Shown here one piece after another: positions 1-13,415 of a stretch of DNA of 64,000 bases (positions are counted from its first letter, which is position 1; each line of letters begins with the position of its first letter). Location: positions 34,722,001 to 34,786,000 of the forward strand of contig NC_058368.1 in assembly GCF_018350175.1 (NCBI RefSeq), written 5' to 3'. Source of the DNA: Felis catus. Taxonomy: Eukaryota. The position numbers and the translations under genes are program-made. Under the pieces are notes generated by a model. The model worked only from the letters and a program-made list of their open reading frames with translations, ran no database searches and had not been told where the DNA came from.

Positions 1-960
1 ACATAGTGTACAGGGCAACAGAAACTGCAGTAAACAGGCTGTGAGGATTTATGTTAATCTGGCTAGGAAATGGACTATGGCTAATATTTGCTATAGCTTT
101 GTGTTCCAAAGCATCAAATTCCTCTAATGTCTTTTTATTTTATTTTATTTTATTTTATTTATTTTATTTTATTTTATTTTGGTCTCCTCTCTTGATTTAG
201 GCTTCCCTAAGTATTCCTCCTCAGAGAATATCTAATTCTTCCAGCTTTATCACCTATACTCCTCTGTTATTATAGTGGAATATAGTTAGCATGGTATTAA
301 GGTTGGGAGCCGTAAGTGTTCTTTAATCTTATGATTAAATCCCAGTCTTATGGTGTTCTATGTTTCTGGACAAGTGTTTCTCCATTGATACAGCATCCTC
401 CCCACTCTTAGGTAAGATGGCAAGGCTGAGAGAGACAGGTTTGGGATAAATTCCTCCAGGAGGGATAAGGCTCTGTTAAAATATTTTTCTCGGGACAACA
501 GGCTCTTTTCCATAGAAAACACTCTGGGTATATTTCACAATGTTTACTTTTTTTTTTCCCTTACCAGAACCAGGAGAAGAGCTTTCTTGATCTCCAATGT
601 GAGAACCCTTTGGGGTTCCTGGAGGCAAATGCCACGAGAATGTAGAGACCCTCTAAAATTGCAACCTCCAGGAACTTGATTATCATGTTAGCTCGCACTC
701 AGCCTCCAACAACTTGTTAAATATCACTTTGGTGTTCCTACCATTTTATGGCTCTAGTGGTTTCTGTTCTAAGTAAGGATCTCTCTGTAACTCTGAGTTC
801 ACCATTTTCTCCAGATTTCCAGATGGAGACGTGCCCTCCAACTTCATTTCTCTGGTGGGCCCAAGAAAAGCTGTTGATTTTCATTTCAATTAGATTTGTT
901 TTTCATTCTTGTATGGATGTAATGACAATTTCTAAGCTCTTTACACATCAGAACTAAGTC
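1..960 (-). mobile_element. Old L1 (L1MC/L1MD-type) 5' region fragment, interrupted by a (TTTTA)n tract at ~131-180
   Basis: Matches recalled L1M 5'-end consensus (gtgaggatttatgttaatctggctagg, ttccctaagtattcctcctcagaga). The reverse complement near 960 resembles the L1MC 5' terminus (gactt...tgtaaagagctt). Confidence 0.7.
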
Positions 961-1290
961 AAGAACAATCATCCTGACCAATTTTTAATACCATTTGTGA
1001 CATATCATTTGTATATGTTATGGAGTTAATGAACAGTTATTATTATTAGCCTCTTCATGAGTTTTCAAACGCCCTAATCATGTGCTGATTTAAAACCAGA
1101 AATAACTTCAGGTAGTATTTACAAACAAATCCCTTAAAACTCACGTAATTGTTGGAGAAAAAAGCTAAATTCCAGATTGCATTTTATCTTTTTAAGTTTT
1201 AAAGTCTTGTTTTAGACTTGTGATAAGTCTGCATATTCTTATTTGAAATTGTTTATCATGCAACAATACTATATTAGCTTTGGTGCCTCA

Positions 1291-1480
1291 GGCTGCTTAG
1301 CATAGTTGTTTGGGGCAAATGTTAATGAAGCCAAGGTCACAGGTTTAATCCCCACATGGGTCAATTATCTTTCTAAGTTCTACTGCCACAGTTTGCCCTT
1401 TTTTCACAATCTCCAATCAGGAATTTTTCAAATGGGTATTATTGCTCACTGAGGGGATGGAATTAAAGCGCATGGCTTGA
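1291..1480 (+). mobile_element. Ancient tRNA-Ile-headed SINE (MamSINE1-like), highly diverged
   Basis: 1291-1363 aligns by eye to a tRNA-Ile(AAT)-like head (ggctgcttagcatagttg...aatgaagccaaggtcacaggtttaatccccacatgggtca). The downstream body (gttctactgccacag, caaatgggtattattgctcactgagggg) resembles recalled MamSINE1. Confidence 0.65.
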
Positions 1481-1862
1481 ATTACTTTTAAGAAAAAAAT
1501 AACTCAATGTGCACATAGTCTAGCAAGACCAGTGGCTCTATAATCTTATAATAATGGGGCATTAAATATTTATGCTTTTTTCAGAGAGTAATTGGTTTTA
1601 GACTACCCTTTCAGGCAATGAATGACCAGCACATGAAATGACATGACACATCCAGAGTGAAACATATGTATATAAATTTGATAGATAAATGCACATACTG
1701 TGGGGAGATAAAGTGACATCATACATGCAAAGCAATGAGTTTTAAAAATCTACCAAAATAAAGTTCCATTCATGACTTTTGTATTATCACGTGCAAGTAG
1801 AGAACAGATATTTTAGAGCATTTACTATGTTTGACCAGAATATTTTCTTTATACTATTTAAT

Positions 1863-2087
1863 TTTTAAAAATTTTTTATGTTTATTTATTTTTGAGAGAG
1901 AGAGAGAGACAGAGAGGGAGAGAGTATGAGGAGGGAGGAGCAGAGAGAGGGAGACACAGAATCTGAAGCAGGCTCCAGGTTCCATGCTCTCAGCACAGAG
2001 CCTGATGCAGGTCTCAAACTCATGAATCATGAAATCATGACCTGAGCAGAAGTCAGACACTTAACCACTGAGCCACCCAGGTGCCCC
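1863..2087 (-). mobile_element. CAN-SINE (feliform)
   Basis: tRNA-like head, (CT)n and A-rich tail on the minus strand; TSD atactatttaat at 1851-1862 and 2089-2100. Confidence 0.97.
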
Positions 2088-2469
2088 AATACTATTTAAT
2101 CTAAAGGTGGAAGAAAAAGATCCACAATCTCAAACTTACTTCTCATCTGGATGTTTTCCATAAGAAATGGAATCAACAAAGTCAAGCAAAAAATCAACAT
2201 ATTCTACTGCTTTAGTGTTAAGTACTCTAATACTATTTGCTTAACTTCTCTCTCAATTGACTCCTTGTTTTACCCAGTAAATATTTTTAAGTTGCCAATA
2301 TTTTACATCATCACCACATATTGCCTCGGTTTTCACATCTTTTCCTAATTATATTTTTCAATTCCCACTAAATCACTCCACTAAAATATGCTACAAATCT
2401 TAGGTTCATTATGTCCATCCATTGATAGTAGATGACCATGCCCTTACTTCTTTGACTCTACTTTTATAA

Positions 2470-3372
2470 AGAGTGACAATAACCTACAATTACCAAATTC
2501 AAAGGACCCTTGTGTTCCTCCTCTTACTTGACCACTCTTACTTGAATAATGCATTTGATACTTTTAGCTACTTTCCGAAACCCCTTCCTCTTTTGGTTTT
2601 AATGACATCACTCTTTCTGGATCCCTTCTGTTTTTACTAACCATTCTTTTTCAGTCTTTGCTGGTTCCAATTTTTCTGCTTGTCCTTTAGGTATTTGTTT
2701 TTCTCTCCTGAATTTTCATCTATGAGTTTCTTCTTTCTTTACTCAAAAAAGACCTCCTAGTAATCTCAACTACTTTCATGTCTCCAACTTTTTATACTAG
2801 ATGTTTGACCTTCAAATTTCCATCAAGTCCAACCCTGTCTTCAATCCCATAAACTCAACTGACAGAACATAAATAATTCCTCAGTTGTGCCTACCATTCC
2901 TACCACCATTTCACAAACAAATCAATTGTTACGTTGTCTCAACTGTACCTCCTTGTATCTCATCTCTCCTTTCTAATTCCTACCGCTATTACCCTGGTGC
3001 AGACCCTAGCCACAGCCTGGTTTTTACTAATAAGCTCCTAAACAGTTTTTGCTTCTAGTCTTGCACAACCCATCTGGCTTTTACTGCCGGATTGATTTTT
3101 CTAAAATGCAAATCTAATCACGTTTACTCCTGATTAAAACCTTTTAATGGATCCTTATTTACCACAGGATAAATAAAAACTTGGTATGATACATGAGGCT
3201 CTCCTTGATCTGGCCCCTATTCTGAAACTCCAGATTCCTCTTTCATCACATTCCTTTCTTTGTCCACATCACATCTCTTACAGTTCTCCTATTATGACAG
3301 ATTATTTCAGGCACTTGGGCCTGAGTTTGTTTTCTCTCTTCAGTACTCTTTGCATACTTCATACCAAATCCC

Positions 3373-3417
<45 letters not shown>

Positions 3418-3705
3418 ATACACATTCATTCTCTATCCCCAAATTGCTTAGTGAGCAGTTACTCATCATCTAACACTTATATCAAACATCAACTTTTCTC
3501 TATAAACTTTTCTGACATCATCTAGATTATGAACAAATTTTTGTGCCCCCCAAAACATGTCTTCAATTCATATTTCTATGTACCACTTCCTTATTGGATT
3601 TTAAGTTCCTCATCAGCAGATGATTTCCCATTCATCTTCGTATTTCCAGAATATAGTATAGTTCCTGAAAAATAGGTTGGTCTGTAGAATACTTAATTGA
3701 AGTAA
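2470..3705 (+). mobile_element. L2 LINE 3' fragment, containing (CA)n at ~3375-3416
   Basis: Decayed LDLSAAFDT-like coding stretch (ctcttacttgacc...gcatttgatac), typical L2 motifs (tttctaaaatgcaaatctaatca) and an L2-like 3' end near 3700. Confidence 0.75.
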
Positions 3706-5354
3706 AGTTTTTATTTCTTGGTAAAATTAAGCACATAGAGAGCAAATATTTTTCTACAACTGCAAGTCAGAAAGGGTACCTCTATTCAAATAACTGTATA
3801 AAAATTGAGAAGAGCTTAGGATTATTATTGAGAAAAATGAGATACTCTTGTTGACCTCATGTAATCCAAAGAATTGGGCAGAAAGAGAAAAAGGCTCTTA
3901 AAATACCAAGAGATCTCCTACTCTCAGAAAATGCTATAGTTGAATTCTTTTGGAACCAGATGTATTCATAAATCAGAATAAAGAGGTATTACACAGTTGC
4001 AACTGATAACAAACTGCTTCCCTGCCTTCCCTTTATTCAACATCAGCTAAATATTTTAGAATTATGACACTGAGGGAAGACAAGAGAAAGAGTGGCTGAG
4101 TAAACTTATTTTAATACTTTTCTTGAGGTAGGTATAAGCTTGGAAGTCATGCTTCACCCTAAGGAAAAGTAAGAATAGGCAGGGAAAATTCTTGTACGTG
4201 CTCAAACAGCTGTGTCACTCCCAAATTCTCACTTCTATCCTTCCTCCCTGAAAATGAAGTTATATAAGATGTAGTCTATGTTTTAATCATGAAAAACAAA
4301 ATAAATGAATGAAATAAGATGAACATAACAAAATAAAATTATATATTTTCTATAATGTGTACAATATGTTTATAGATACAGATATTGATATGAGCTATGT
4401 AATCATCACTTATTAACTCTGATTGCCTTTACTTTGAGCTGGATGTGCATCTTCAGATCTAGACAAAAAATAAGACCAACCCTAGAATGGAAAATGAACT
4501 ACCATTTACTCTGATAAATTAAACACTGTGCCATGTATTTGTCAATAGGTTGAAATGCCTTCACAAAGCAGTCTGCTTTGTCAGCAAGTGGTGGTTTATT
4601 GCTATTTCCGTCTGATTTCCCAATGGGCTAGTACAAACTTGAGATTACAGCAAGACAAAACCATCAGGTGTCAGATTGTCCATCTTTCTCTTCGGCTACT
4701 GCCTTGGTCCTCATTAACTTGTTCACCTGTCTTAGGGAGAAACTTTGCCTTTCCTCTTAGAAGTGCAGGAAGTAAATGATTTTTAAAAGAAATATTGCCC
4801 ACAGAGATGCCTACAGAAAGTCCCCTTTATTACTTTATATTGTACTTTATCAACATTACCCATTGGATGAAAATTGCGAGAAAGATGTCTGCCTCATGGG
4901 AGCCAATATAGTTGAAAGGGGGCATTTCAGTTTAACATCCTATTTTTCACCTGAATGTGGATGAAAGTAAACACACACAGGAAAAGGATGCTGACTTATA
5001 TTAGGTCGGAGACAAAGAGAAAGGAAGGGACTTCGTGTGCTATATATGTAGATGGGCCAGGAAGCATCTGCAGAGGAGTGCAGAGATCACATTTAGAGAA
5101 TGTCATGCTTAAGGAATGACTCACCAGTTCACAGAATGGGCTTTGGTCTCCAACTCACAACCGCTCAAAGCCTATGATATAGGATTTAGTGTTTGTTTAC
5201 TACATCCAAGTGATATAGGGGTACCATTGCGAGTTGAATTCAGTTTTCTGAAACATAGTTTTCTAATTTTGTATTTGTCAGTCAATTAACTGAATGTATT
5301 GAAAACTAAATTCTATGGGACCAATGACAGAAGGAATACACATAATTCTCTAGG

Positions 5355-5530
5355 GCAGAGTTCTCAAAGGGGTAGGGGGGAGGCAAAGTGGGGTAATTGC
5401 AAAATGACCCAATAGCAAAGCATGAATAATTATCATAAATTCTATCTACATTTAATTTTACCTGAAAATAACTTAAAATATTAAGCTTATTTAAATTTAA
5501 TTTTAACCACTATCCTGGAGTCCATGTGAA
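5355..5530 (+). mobile_element. hAT-Charlie MITE fragment (MER113-like)
   Basis: Starts cagagttctcaaag (Charlie TIR-like), followed by ttctatctacatttaatttt...attaagctt resembling recalled MER113. Confidence 0.4.
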
Positions 5531-5756
5531 GAAAATTATGTTAATATTTTTAAAATAACAAATAGCATCAATGTTTAAAGCCACTATGAATTTTAAATGC
5601 ATTTAATTATTTATATATACATCTAAATTTATATATAAATAAATAAATACATTATTTAAATATTATGCATATGTATATACACCTGCATACATATGCATAA
5701 TTACATAGTACAACTGAAACAGAATGTTTTAGCTGTCATAAGAAGATAATATATTA

Positions 5757-6025
5757 ATTAAGAGGCTGGTCTTTGGTGTCGGGAGGCTCTCTGTTTAGCA
5801 GGACAATCTAGATTTTAATCCTAGCAGTGTTATGTACAATCTGTCACCTCAAACAAGTAATTTTAATCTCCTTCTGCTTAAGTTCAATTCTTCCTTTATT
5901 ATTTTTTAACTGTAGTAGTAATACCCATATCACAGAACTGTCTTGAGAATTAAGTGAGATGACATATATGGACACACTTAGAATAATGCTTGGTTCACAA
6001 AAAGTAGTTAAGAAATAGGTGTATT
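5757..6025 (+). mobile_element. MIR SINE
   Basis: MIR core and 3' part: aatcctagc...gtcacctcaaacaagtaatttt...gagaattaagtgagatgac...cacttagaataatgcttgg. Confidence 0.75.
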
Positions 6026-6749
6026 GAATCTGTCATCCAAACATTTTTTTTAAGTGAGAAAATTAATCATTAAATAGAGTACAGGTGAATTACTCAGCTG
6101 CTTCTAGGGTTATGTTGGCCATTAAACAGGAGGGCTGTGAAGTTCTATACACATCTAACACAGAGGCCTCATATTTGTCTTTCAACTTCTTGGCAGCCAC
6201 AAGTACCCAGTGAGGACTAATCATTTTTTGACCTCAAATACAGATCCTTGGTTTGAAAAAAGAAATTGTATCACAACTTCAAAGCCAATATGAACACTGT
6301 AATGCTAGAGTTTGAAGGCAAGGTGGTATGCCAAACAGATGTTGTTCCAGAAAATCCAATGAGTATAGAAACTTTCTCAGCCAAAGGATGCTTTATTCTT
6401 GCTTTAGAATAAAACCAATTGACTAGTAAGTGACTAAAAGTAGTGGTTGAATATTAACAAGATTAATGCTATTTCTTTCTTTAAAATTTGTGTTTCTCTT
6501 GTATGAAAGATATAAAATACTTATTAAGTATGCATACTTATTTTACTTTAGAAGGAAATTTCCTTCTGCCCCCCTTCTATCTCTTTCTTTTACATAAAGA
6601 AAAAGTGAGAGGATAATGTTCACATTGTGCTAGCTTTTATCATTGCTTAGATGAATGAAGCAGATGACTAACTGATGTCTCTGACTTATTGCCACATAGA
6701 GTTCTTTCTTTAAAGAAGCAGGCAATGTAATCTTTTGGAAATATACACT

Positions 6750-7295
6750 GAGTTACCACTCTCTGCTTACCATTGCACTAAAATAAAATTCAAAATCTTA
6801 ACCATGGCCTAGAAAGTTCTACACAACTAGACTCTGCCCATCTCTGATATTATTTAAAAATACTTCTCTCCTCATTCTAATATCCCCTAATATGCAGGTT
6901 GTCTATATCTCAAAGCTTATTGAGCTTTTGCCCTTACCATGTTCCCTTCCTAGAATTTTTCTCTAAGGCTTCTTCCCCCTTATATATATCAGCTTAAATT
7001 CAGCTCCCCAGAGAAGTTTCCCCACCTACACATACTCTCTGAAGGAGCCCCCTATTTACATGTTATTTTGTGTATTTCCTTCATAGCATTTACCATAATC
7101 TCAAATTATCTTTTGAATTTATTCAAAAGTTATTGTCTAATACCTATTATCTAAATAACTACATAATTCCCTCATAAGAATGAAAACTATAAGATTATAA
7201 GAAACATAAGTGCTTTTACCATTGTATCCCAAATGTTGTGGCAATGTATGGCACACAGGAGGAACCTGATGTATGATTACTGAATGTGTGAATGG
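6750..7295 (+). mobile_element. L2 LINE 3' end
   Basis: aaaataaaattcaaaatcttaaccatggcct, ttccttcatagcatttacc, tggcacacagga and the terminal tgaatgtgtgaatg. Confidence 0.75.
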
Positions 7296-7599
7296 ATGCC
7301 TTATTGAGGTAGCATACAGAAGATAGGAAAACAGTCTTAGACTAACTACAAATGTTTAGATTAAAAGAAAAATGTTCTCCCTCTCCTTCTCCTCCACACA
7401 CCCCCAGATAGATAGATATACTTGGAGAGAGAGTAGGAATCGTCAACTGCATTCAAGCAGGAAACACTTCACAGAAAAAAAAGTCATATACAATTTATGG
7501 ATTATGAAGAAGTCTATTTGACAAGAATCATAAGAGAAAAAAACAAAAAAAGAATGCATGCATAAGGGAAAACCTGGGAAAATCTTCACAAAGAAGATG

Positions 7600-8030
7600 C
7601 AGGGTTGGGATTAATTTTATTCATCATTTTAAGTAGGCCATGGATGCCCAGATTAAACATCATTTCTGGATGTTGTCTTTGAAGGTATTTCTGGATAATA
7701 TTAGCATTTGAATCAGTGGACTCAGGAAGGTAGACTGACTTCCCCAATGTGGTTAGGCAATATCCCATTCACTGAGGGTCTGAATAGGACACAATGGAAG
7801 AAGGAAGAATTCATTCTATTTTTCCTGCCTTACTGACTGAGTTAGGACATATCTTATCTTCTCTGGCCCTCAAATTGAGATTTAAACTGTTGTCCCCCCC
7901 TAGTTCTCACACATTCACAACTGGACTGAATTACATGACTGGCTTTCCTGGGGCTCTAGTTTAGAGACAGCAGATTGTAGGAATTTTCAGCCTCCAAAAG
8001 GTTCTTTTTCTCTGGAGAACCCTACCTAAT
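7600..8030 (+). mobile_element. MLT2-type (ERVL) solo LTR
   Basis: ggatgcccagattaaacatcatttctgg, ttagcatttgaatcagtggactcag and a terminal ctctggagaaccctacctaata match recalled MLT2. Confidence 0.85.
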
Positions 8031-8315
8031 ATGGAGTAAAAGTTAGAAAGGCCTCCATACAATTGTACCAAAAGGATAAAAACAAATGTACAACTGAGGT
8101 AGTTGGTAGAGTTTGACCCGTTATTTTGATAATGGAAATGACAGAAAAGGGGAAAAATGTTCCGAACAACATTAGTAAGATTTATGACAAAAAGTGATGT
8201 AGAAAAGAATAAAAAGAATAAATCAAGAATAATTTTTATCTGTGAATGTGCAAAGTCAGGAGGATAATATAATTATGTATGATGTTGAAAGATAGTAATG
8301 AAAATAGAAAAACCA

Positions 8316-8536
8316 GGGCACCTGGTGTGGGGGAGAGGGGTGCTCCGTCAGTTAAGCGTCCAACTTTGGCTCAGGTCATGATCTCAGAGTCTGTGAGTTT
8401 GAGCCCTGTCTCAGGCTCTGTGCTGACAACTCAGAGCTTGGAGCTTGCTTTGGATTCTGTGTCTCCCTCTCTCTCTGCCCCGCCCCTTGCTTGCACTTTC
8501 TCTCTCTCTCAAAAAAAAAAATGTTAAAAAAGAATT
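8316..8536 (+). mobile_element. CAN-SINE with a G-rich insertion in its head
   Basis: SINE body and (CT)n/A tail; flanking direct repeat aaaatagaaaaa at ~8301 and ~8537. Confidence 0.93.
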
Positions 8537-9174
8537 AAAATAGAAAAATCAAATAAAAACCAAAACAATTAATATCTGTAATATGCTATTACTTTCATAT
8601 GTAACTTAATATGAAATAATTTTAAGTTACAGGATTTTAAATATTCAGAAAATAAATTACTCGGTTTTATTCTGAAATGGGTTAGAGGAAGGAAAACATG
8701 TTTTTATGTAGAGTATTTCCAGAAAACAAAATAAAGTCTTTAAACTCAATACACATTTAGACGACAGCTAGTCACCTGAACCTTATACACTTAACAGAAT
8801 CCCTGCACACCAGAATTCAACAATTCGACAATTTATTGATAATTTATATGTAATAAAAGCACAGATACAAATTCATAAACTGACAGGGCAAATTGTGAGA
8901 TTAACCATTTGTGCCATTGATTTGCTAAACCAGTCTGTGAAGCTGAGAGTGGAGAAAGTCACAGGGCTGGACATATTATTTCAATATGGTTAATTCAAAC
9001 CTCAATGTCTTCAGTCTTACATATTGGGTGTTCTGACAGAAGGTAATTTAATGTGATTGCTTGATCTGTTCCTAAATATCCTGAAATTATACATGTGCAA
9101 GTACTTGGGATTGTTAGCTGTTATTAACCTCAAACGGTATGAATACCAACACATGAACACAGACAGAAACTAAC

Positions 9175-9186
9175 TCTCTCTCTGTG

Positions 9187-9223
<37 letters not shown>
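9175..9223. repeat. (CT)n/(CA)n microsatellite
   Basis: Dinucleotide runs seen directly. Confidence 0.95.
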
Positions 9224-9228
<5 letters not shown>

Positions 9229-9475
9229 CAGGTATAACCAAACTGCAAAATCTTTCCTGGGACTCTGTCTCTTCCTAAGAGTCATTTGAATTTAACAATT
9301 TAGCTAACATTATATTTCTAAAGAAATAAATCAATTTCAGTATAGACTATATTCCTGATCATGGACTCAACATTAAAGAATCACAGTAATTACTAAGAGT
9401 ATAACATGAAAACAAAAGTAGAACTATAAACTTTGGCACTATGTAAATCACTGGATATAGTTATTCCTGGCTATA

Positions 9476-9480
<5 letters not shown>

Positions 9481-9524
<44 letters not shown>
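9481..9524. repeat. (CA)n microsatellite
   Basis: Perfect CA run seen directly. Confidence 0.98.
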
Positions 9525-9525
<1 letters not shown>

Positions 9526-12088
9526 GTCATTAGATTATAGACGGCATCCATAGGTTAGTTTGCTTTATTAGACCTATGCTTTTTAAATCCCTGGAAATTC
9601 AACTAACAGTGTGTTACAATAGGGTTTGCTCTTCGTACTAGATGCATATTTCATACCTGTCCATTTCGTCAAGTCCTTTGCCTATCACTATTCTGTTTTT
9701 GGATCAACTCTCTGCCAGAGACAAACTTTTCTTTTCATCATTTTTTGTTATACTTTTGGGCCAACATTTGGGCCATGTTTATATCCTTTTCACCATCACC
9801 TCAATGTTTTCCTCTCACGCTACATGAAGAACTCTGGTTCCTATTATGAAATCAATTTAGTTGCAATATGGAGAAAGGAGACATGTTTAATTACATCTTG
9901 GGGGTTATACACAGTGCCAAAGCAGCTAGTGAAAAGATACAAGCAAACTCTCAAGTTGTTTTGGCTCTGTTACCAGTCTCAAAGAGTCACCTCATTTGTT
10001 TTTCTATAGAGACTTCTGACTTGATGGACTCATGTTTTTTAAGACAAGTAAACACAACTTTTTCATGTGTTAAAATTTCAAACAATTTCTTCATTATCGC
10101 ATAGTGCTATAGATGTTTGACCAGTGATTTCTAATGAATACATAATCAGACACAGTCTAATATGTATTTATATATATAATGTGGTATTGGTACATTTACG
10201 ATAAATCTGGACATTTCTTTCTCTACAACACAGAAACAAACAAAATGTCTGTGCTAACCCATGCGATACCTGCAGTGTAGGTCATATTAAAATGAAATGA
10301 GTTTTTATCACTTCCCAACTGAACTCGTTACTCCATTAAGATAGATCAAATTGCTTATCTTGACAGAGATTGATTACCAATTAACCATAGAATAAGCCAA
10401 CAAAAATGAAGGGTTGGGAAATGCCTTGAAGTTTACTGAGACATCTTTATTAAATATAGAAGTCTATGGCATAAATACTCCCAACAAAATTGCTTTTGAA
10501 AAATGTTTTAGATGCCACATGAGGTGGTAATGGTATTCTGACAAAACAGAAAATCTTAGTAGTTCTGTAGTGAAACTTAAGGTGACCTTGTAAAGAGCCT
10601 ACATAAAACATTCAATAAAATTCAGGTTTTCTGACATCTTTTCCTCTTGCCACAATTTGACATCAAATTGCATCAAGTCCAATGAAACTATTTGAACAAT
10701 CATCCTTCAAACATTACATTCCATCTCTTTCCCTACTTTCCAGGACATAAAATAGCTGCCTAGTCCCTATTGTTTGTAGGTTTATTTGTCCGGTTGCAAG
10801 TGGGGATTAATACCCTCTGGCTTTCACAGAACTCCAAATTGTATTATATCTGTGGTAGTCCTCAGATAACAAATATTTCTCTATTCAAATCTAATAAAGT
10901 TAGTGAAGAGCATTAGGGTTAAATGTTTCCAAGACTTCTTTGTTTTAAGTTTTCCCACATGTGGGTTAGTAGACAGCTTCTGAAATGGCAGCTCCAGAGC
11001 TGATTCTCCAAATCCCAGGAGGAAGTTAGTGCAGCATCTGCAGGCTAAATTACGTTGGCTCCACCAAGCTTCATGCCCTTTACAAAATGATTGTCTGATG
11101 TGTGGTTACTTGGTTTTATCAAATAAGTACTTCTGCTTTCCGGAACCTTTCAAAATGGCAATGGGTCTCCAGGACTTAAACCCAACTAGTAAATTGAAAT
11201 TCTACATTTGTTCCAGGTTTTACAAGACTCGCGATTTTATGTTTTTAAGTCCTAAAAATATTGGCACAAAAGCACCAAGTATCTACATTCAAGGTGTCTA
11301 TGAAAAGCTGAATGTGTATGAAGAAAATGTTGAGAAGGACTCGCCTTAAAATAAGCTGGTGCTAATGCCTCAGAAAAGCTTCCCTCTTTCTATTTGCCTG
11401 ATGGATGCAAATCAAATTCCTTGACCTTAGGAGAGTGATCATAAAATGTAATCAAAGTTTCCAGATCGAAAGGTGCTTTAAATGGTTCAGTAGGCAGCTG
11501 CATCAATGCTATAAAGCATCATGACTGGTAACATAGGTCATGTTTCAGGAAAACAAGATGAAAACCTTTTGCTTTTAAGAGAAATTTGGTCAAGTCCTAG
11601 GAAAAGAATGACGGCTATATTTATATGGCCTCCAACCCCAAGAAATGCTAAATAATTTGTGGATTTTTAATGTAATTAACCTCCAGATTATTGCTGTTAT
11701 GTATATTTAAAAGCTGGTTACAAGAACAATCATAACATTTTTCAAAATGAGAAGTCTAGAGGGTTAGAATATCCAGTGACTTAACTCAAGGTTAGAAACC
11801 AAATATTAGTATATGTTTTTAAATGATTTCATTTCTTCCTTGCAAGAAATTAAAAAATTTTGAGCACTGGGGAGAAAGGGTCTCTAAATTCACTACCAAA
11901 CAAAAAAAGCTATCCGCAATGTGAAAAGCAATTAGTAGCATACTTGATGAGTGCATAAATTCCAAATTACCAATTGCTTAAAAGATTATGAGAATGTGTT
12001 TACTACTTTGATGCTTCAAAACTGCATTTATTTAAATCTGAGGCTTTTAAATTGGAATTCCTGTTTGAATAATTCTAGCCAGGTTGAA

Positions 12089-12094
12089 GTGTGT

Positions 12095-12131
<37 letters not shown>
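12089..12131. repeat. (TG)n microsatellite
   Basis: TG run with one interruption. Confidence 0.97.
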
Positions 12132-12132
<1 letters not shown>

Positions 12133-12645
12133 TCTTTGAAAAGAGAAGTTTTATTAAATACATTTATTGCATACATTTATTTACAACCACACTTCCCTCT
12201 ACCTCCCACAAAATGTGAAGAATGATGCCAGAAAGAGACTAAATTACAGGTCATATTTTTAAATATTTTTCAAACTTTAACAGAAGTAAGTTTGTGATTT
12301 CCCAGGGGGAATATTATAATCCATCAAATTTATTGAAAAAGATATTGAAGGAAACTTACAACAGGGAACAGTGGTCAGATGTGGCAGTGAGGCCAATACT
12401 GGTTCTTTCACAAGAAGGCAAAAGTAAAAGAACTCCTGTTGTTAGCTTCTTACCTGTTATCAATTTAAATCAAGAAACTAATATATTTTTTTTTATTGAG
12501 CACCACAACCAAAAGGAAATAGAATTTAAAAAAAATAAAGAGAATTAGACAAGGTCAGTGCCCTTAAGGAAAGTGAATAGAAGAAAATGTAATCAATTAA
12601 AATGTACTTTTAAGTATTATAATGAGAAAAGAGATAATGGTGGCA

Positions 12646-13030
12646 TGTACTGAACTGGGCCCACCCACCTGTGTGCAAAATTTGTATGTTGAAGCCTAAA
12701 TGCGACTTCATATGGAGAAGGAATATTTAAATAGGCAACTGAGGTTAAATGAAGTCATCAGTGTGAGCTCTAATCTGATAGGGCTGGTGCACTTACAGAA
12801 GAGACACCAAGGTCTCTCTCTCTTTCCTCATACACAGAGTGATGAAAGGCATGTGAGGACACAGAGATAAGGTGGCTATTTGCAAGCCAGGAAGAGAGAC
12901 TTAACCAGAAACTAAAATTGATAGCACCTAATCTTGGACTTCTAGCCTCCAGAACTGAGAAAAAAAAGGATTTCTATTGTTTAAGTCACCCAAAATGTGG
13001 TATCCTATTAAGGCAACCTAAATTGACTAA
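12646..13030 (+). mobile_element. MaLR solo LTR (MLT1A/B-like)
   Basis: tatgttgaagcct, gaggttaaatgaagtcat, catgtgaggacacag, tgcaagccaggaagagag, tcttggacttctagcctccagaactg. Confidence 0.9.
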
Positions 13031-13034
13031 TCTT

Positions 13035-13061
13035 AGATAGATGATAGATATGTAGACAGAT

Positions 13062-13092
<31 letters not shown>

Positions 13093-13095
13093 GAC
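13035..13095. repeat. (GATA)n tetranucleotide repeat
   Basis: Imperfect GATA/GACA run seen directly. Confidence 0.95.
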
Positions 13096-13415
13096 AGGCA
13101 GACAGCTAGATATGAAAACAGAGCAAAGAATAAGTTCTATCTACACATATGGCAGAAAGCTGTGGAGAGGAGCAAACATTTGAATTCTGTCGTAAAAGAT
13201 AAATTAGGAAGTCTGCCTACTATAATATGTTCTCTTACAATTTTATTTATGTTCTTGTGAAAATAAGTTATAACAAATGACCTTGTCTTGTCCTTCTTTA
13301 TCAGTTTTATTCTCACCTGACCTCACAACTTTATCCATATTCTAAGTGTCAATGTTGTTCAAACTGAAAGTATTCTCTCAGACCTAACCCTTCCATCAGT
13401 TTAAATGTTGAACAT

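Noticed and set aside
9626..10104. Longest non-repeat plus-strand ORFs (127 aa and overlapping), and a faint resemblance of the minus strand near 10030 to an hnRNP A1 start
   Set aside because: No recognisable domain, low-information composition, and the hnRNP resemblance collapses after about 15 nt.
11029..11349. 106-aa ORF
   Set aside because: Non-ATG start, no recognisable family, no supporting exon structure; length compatible with chance.
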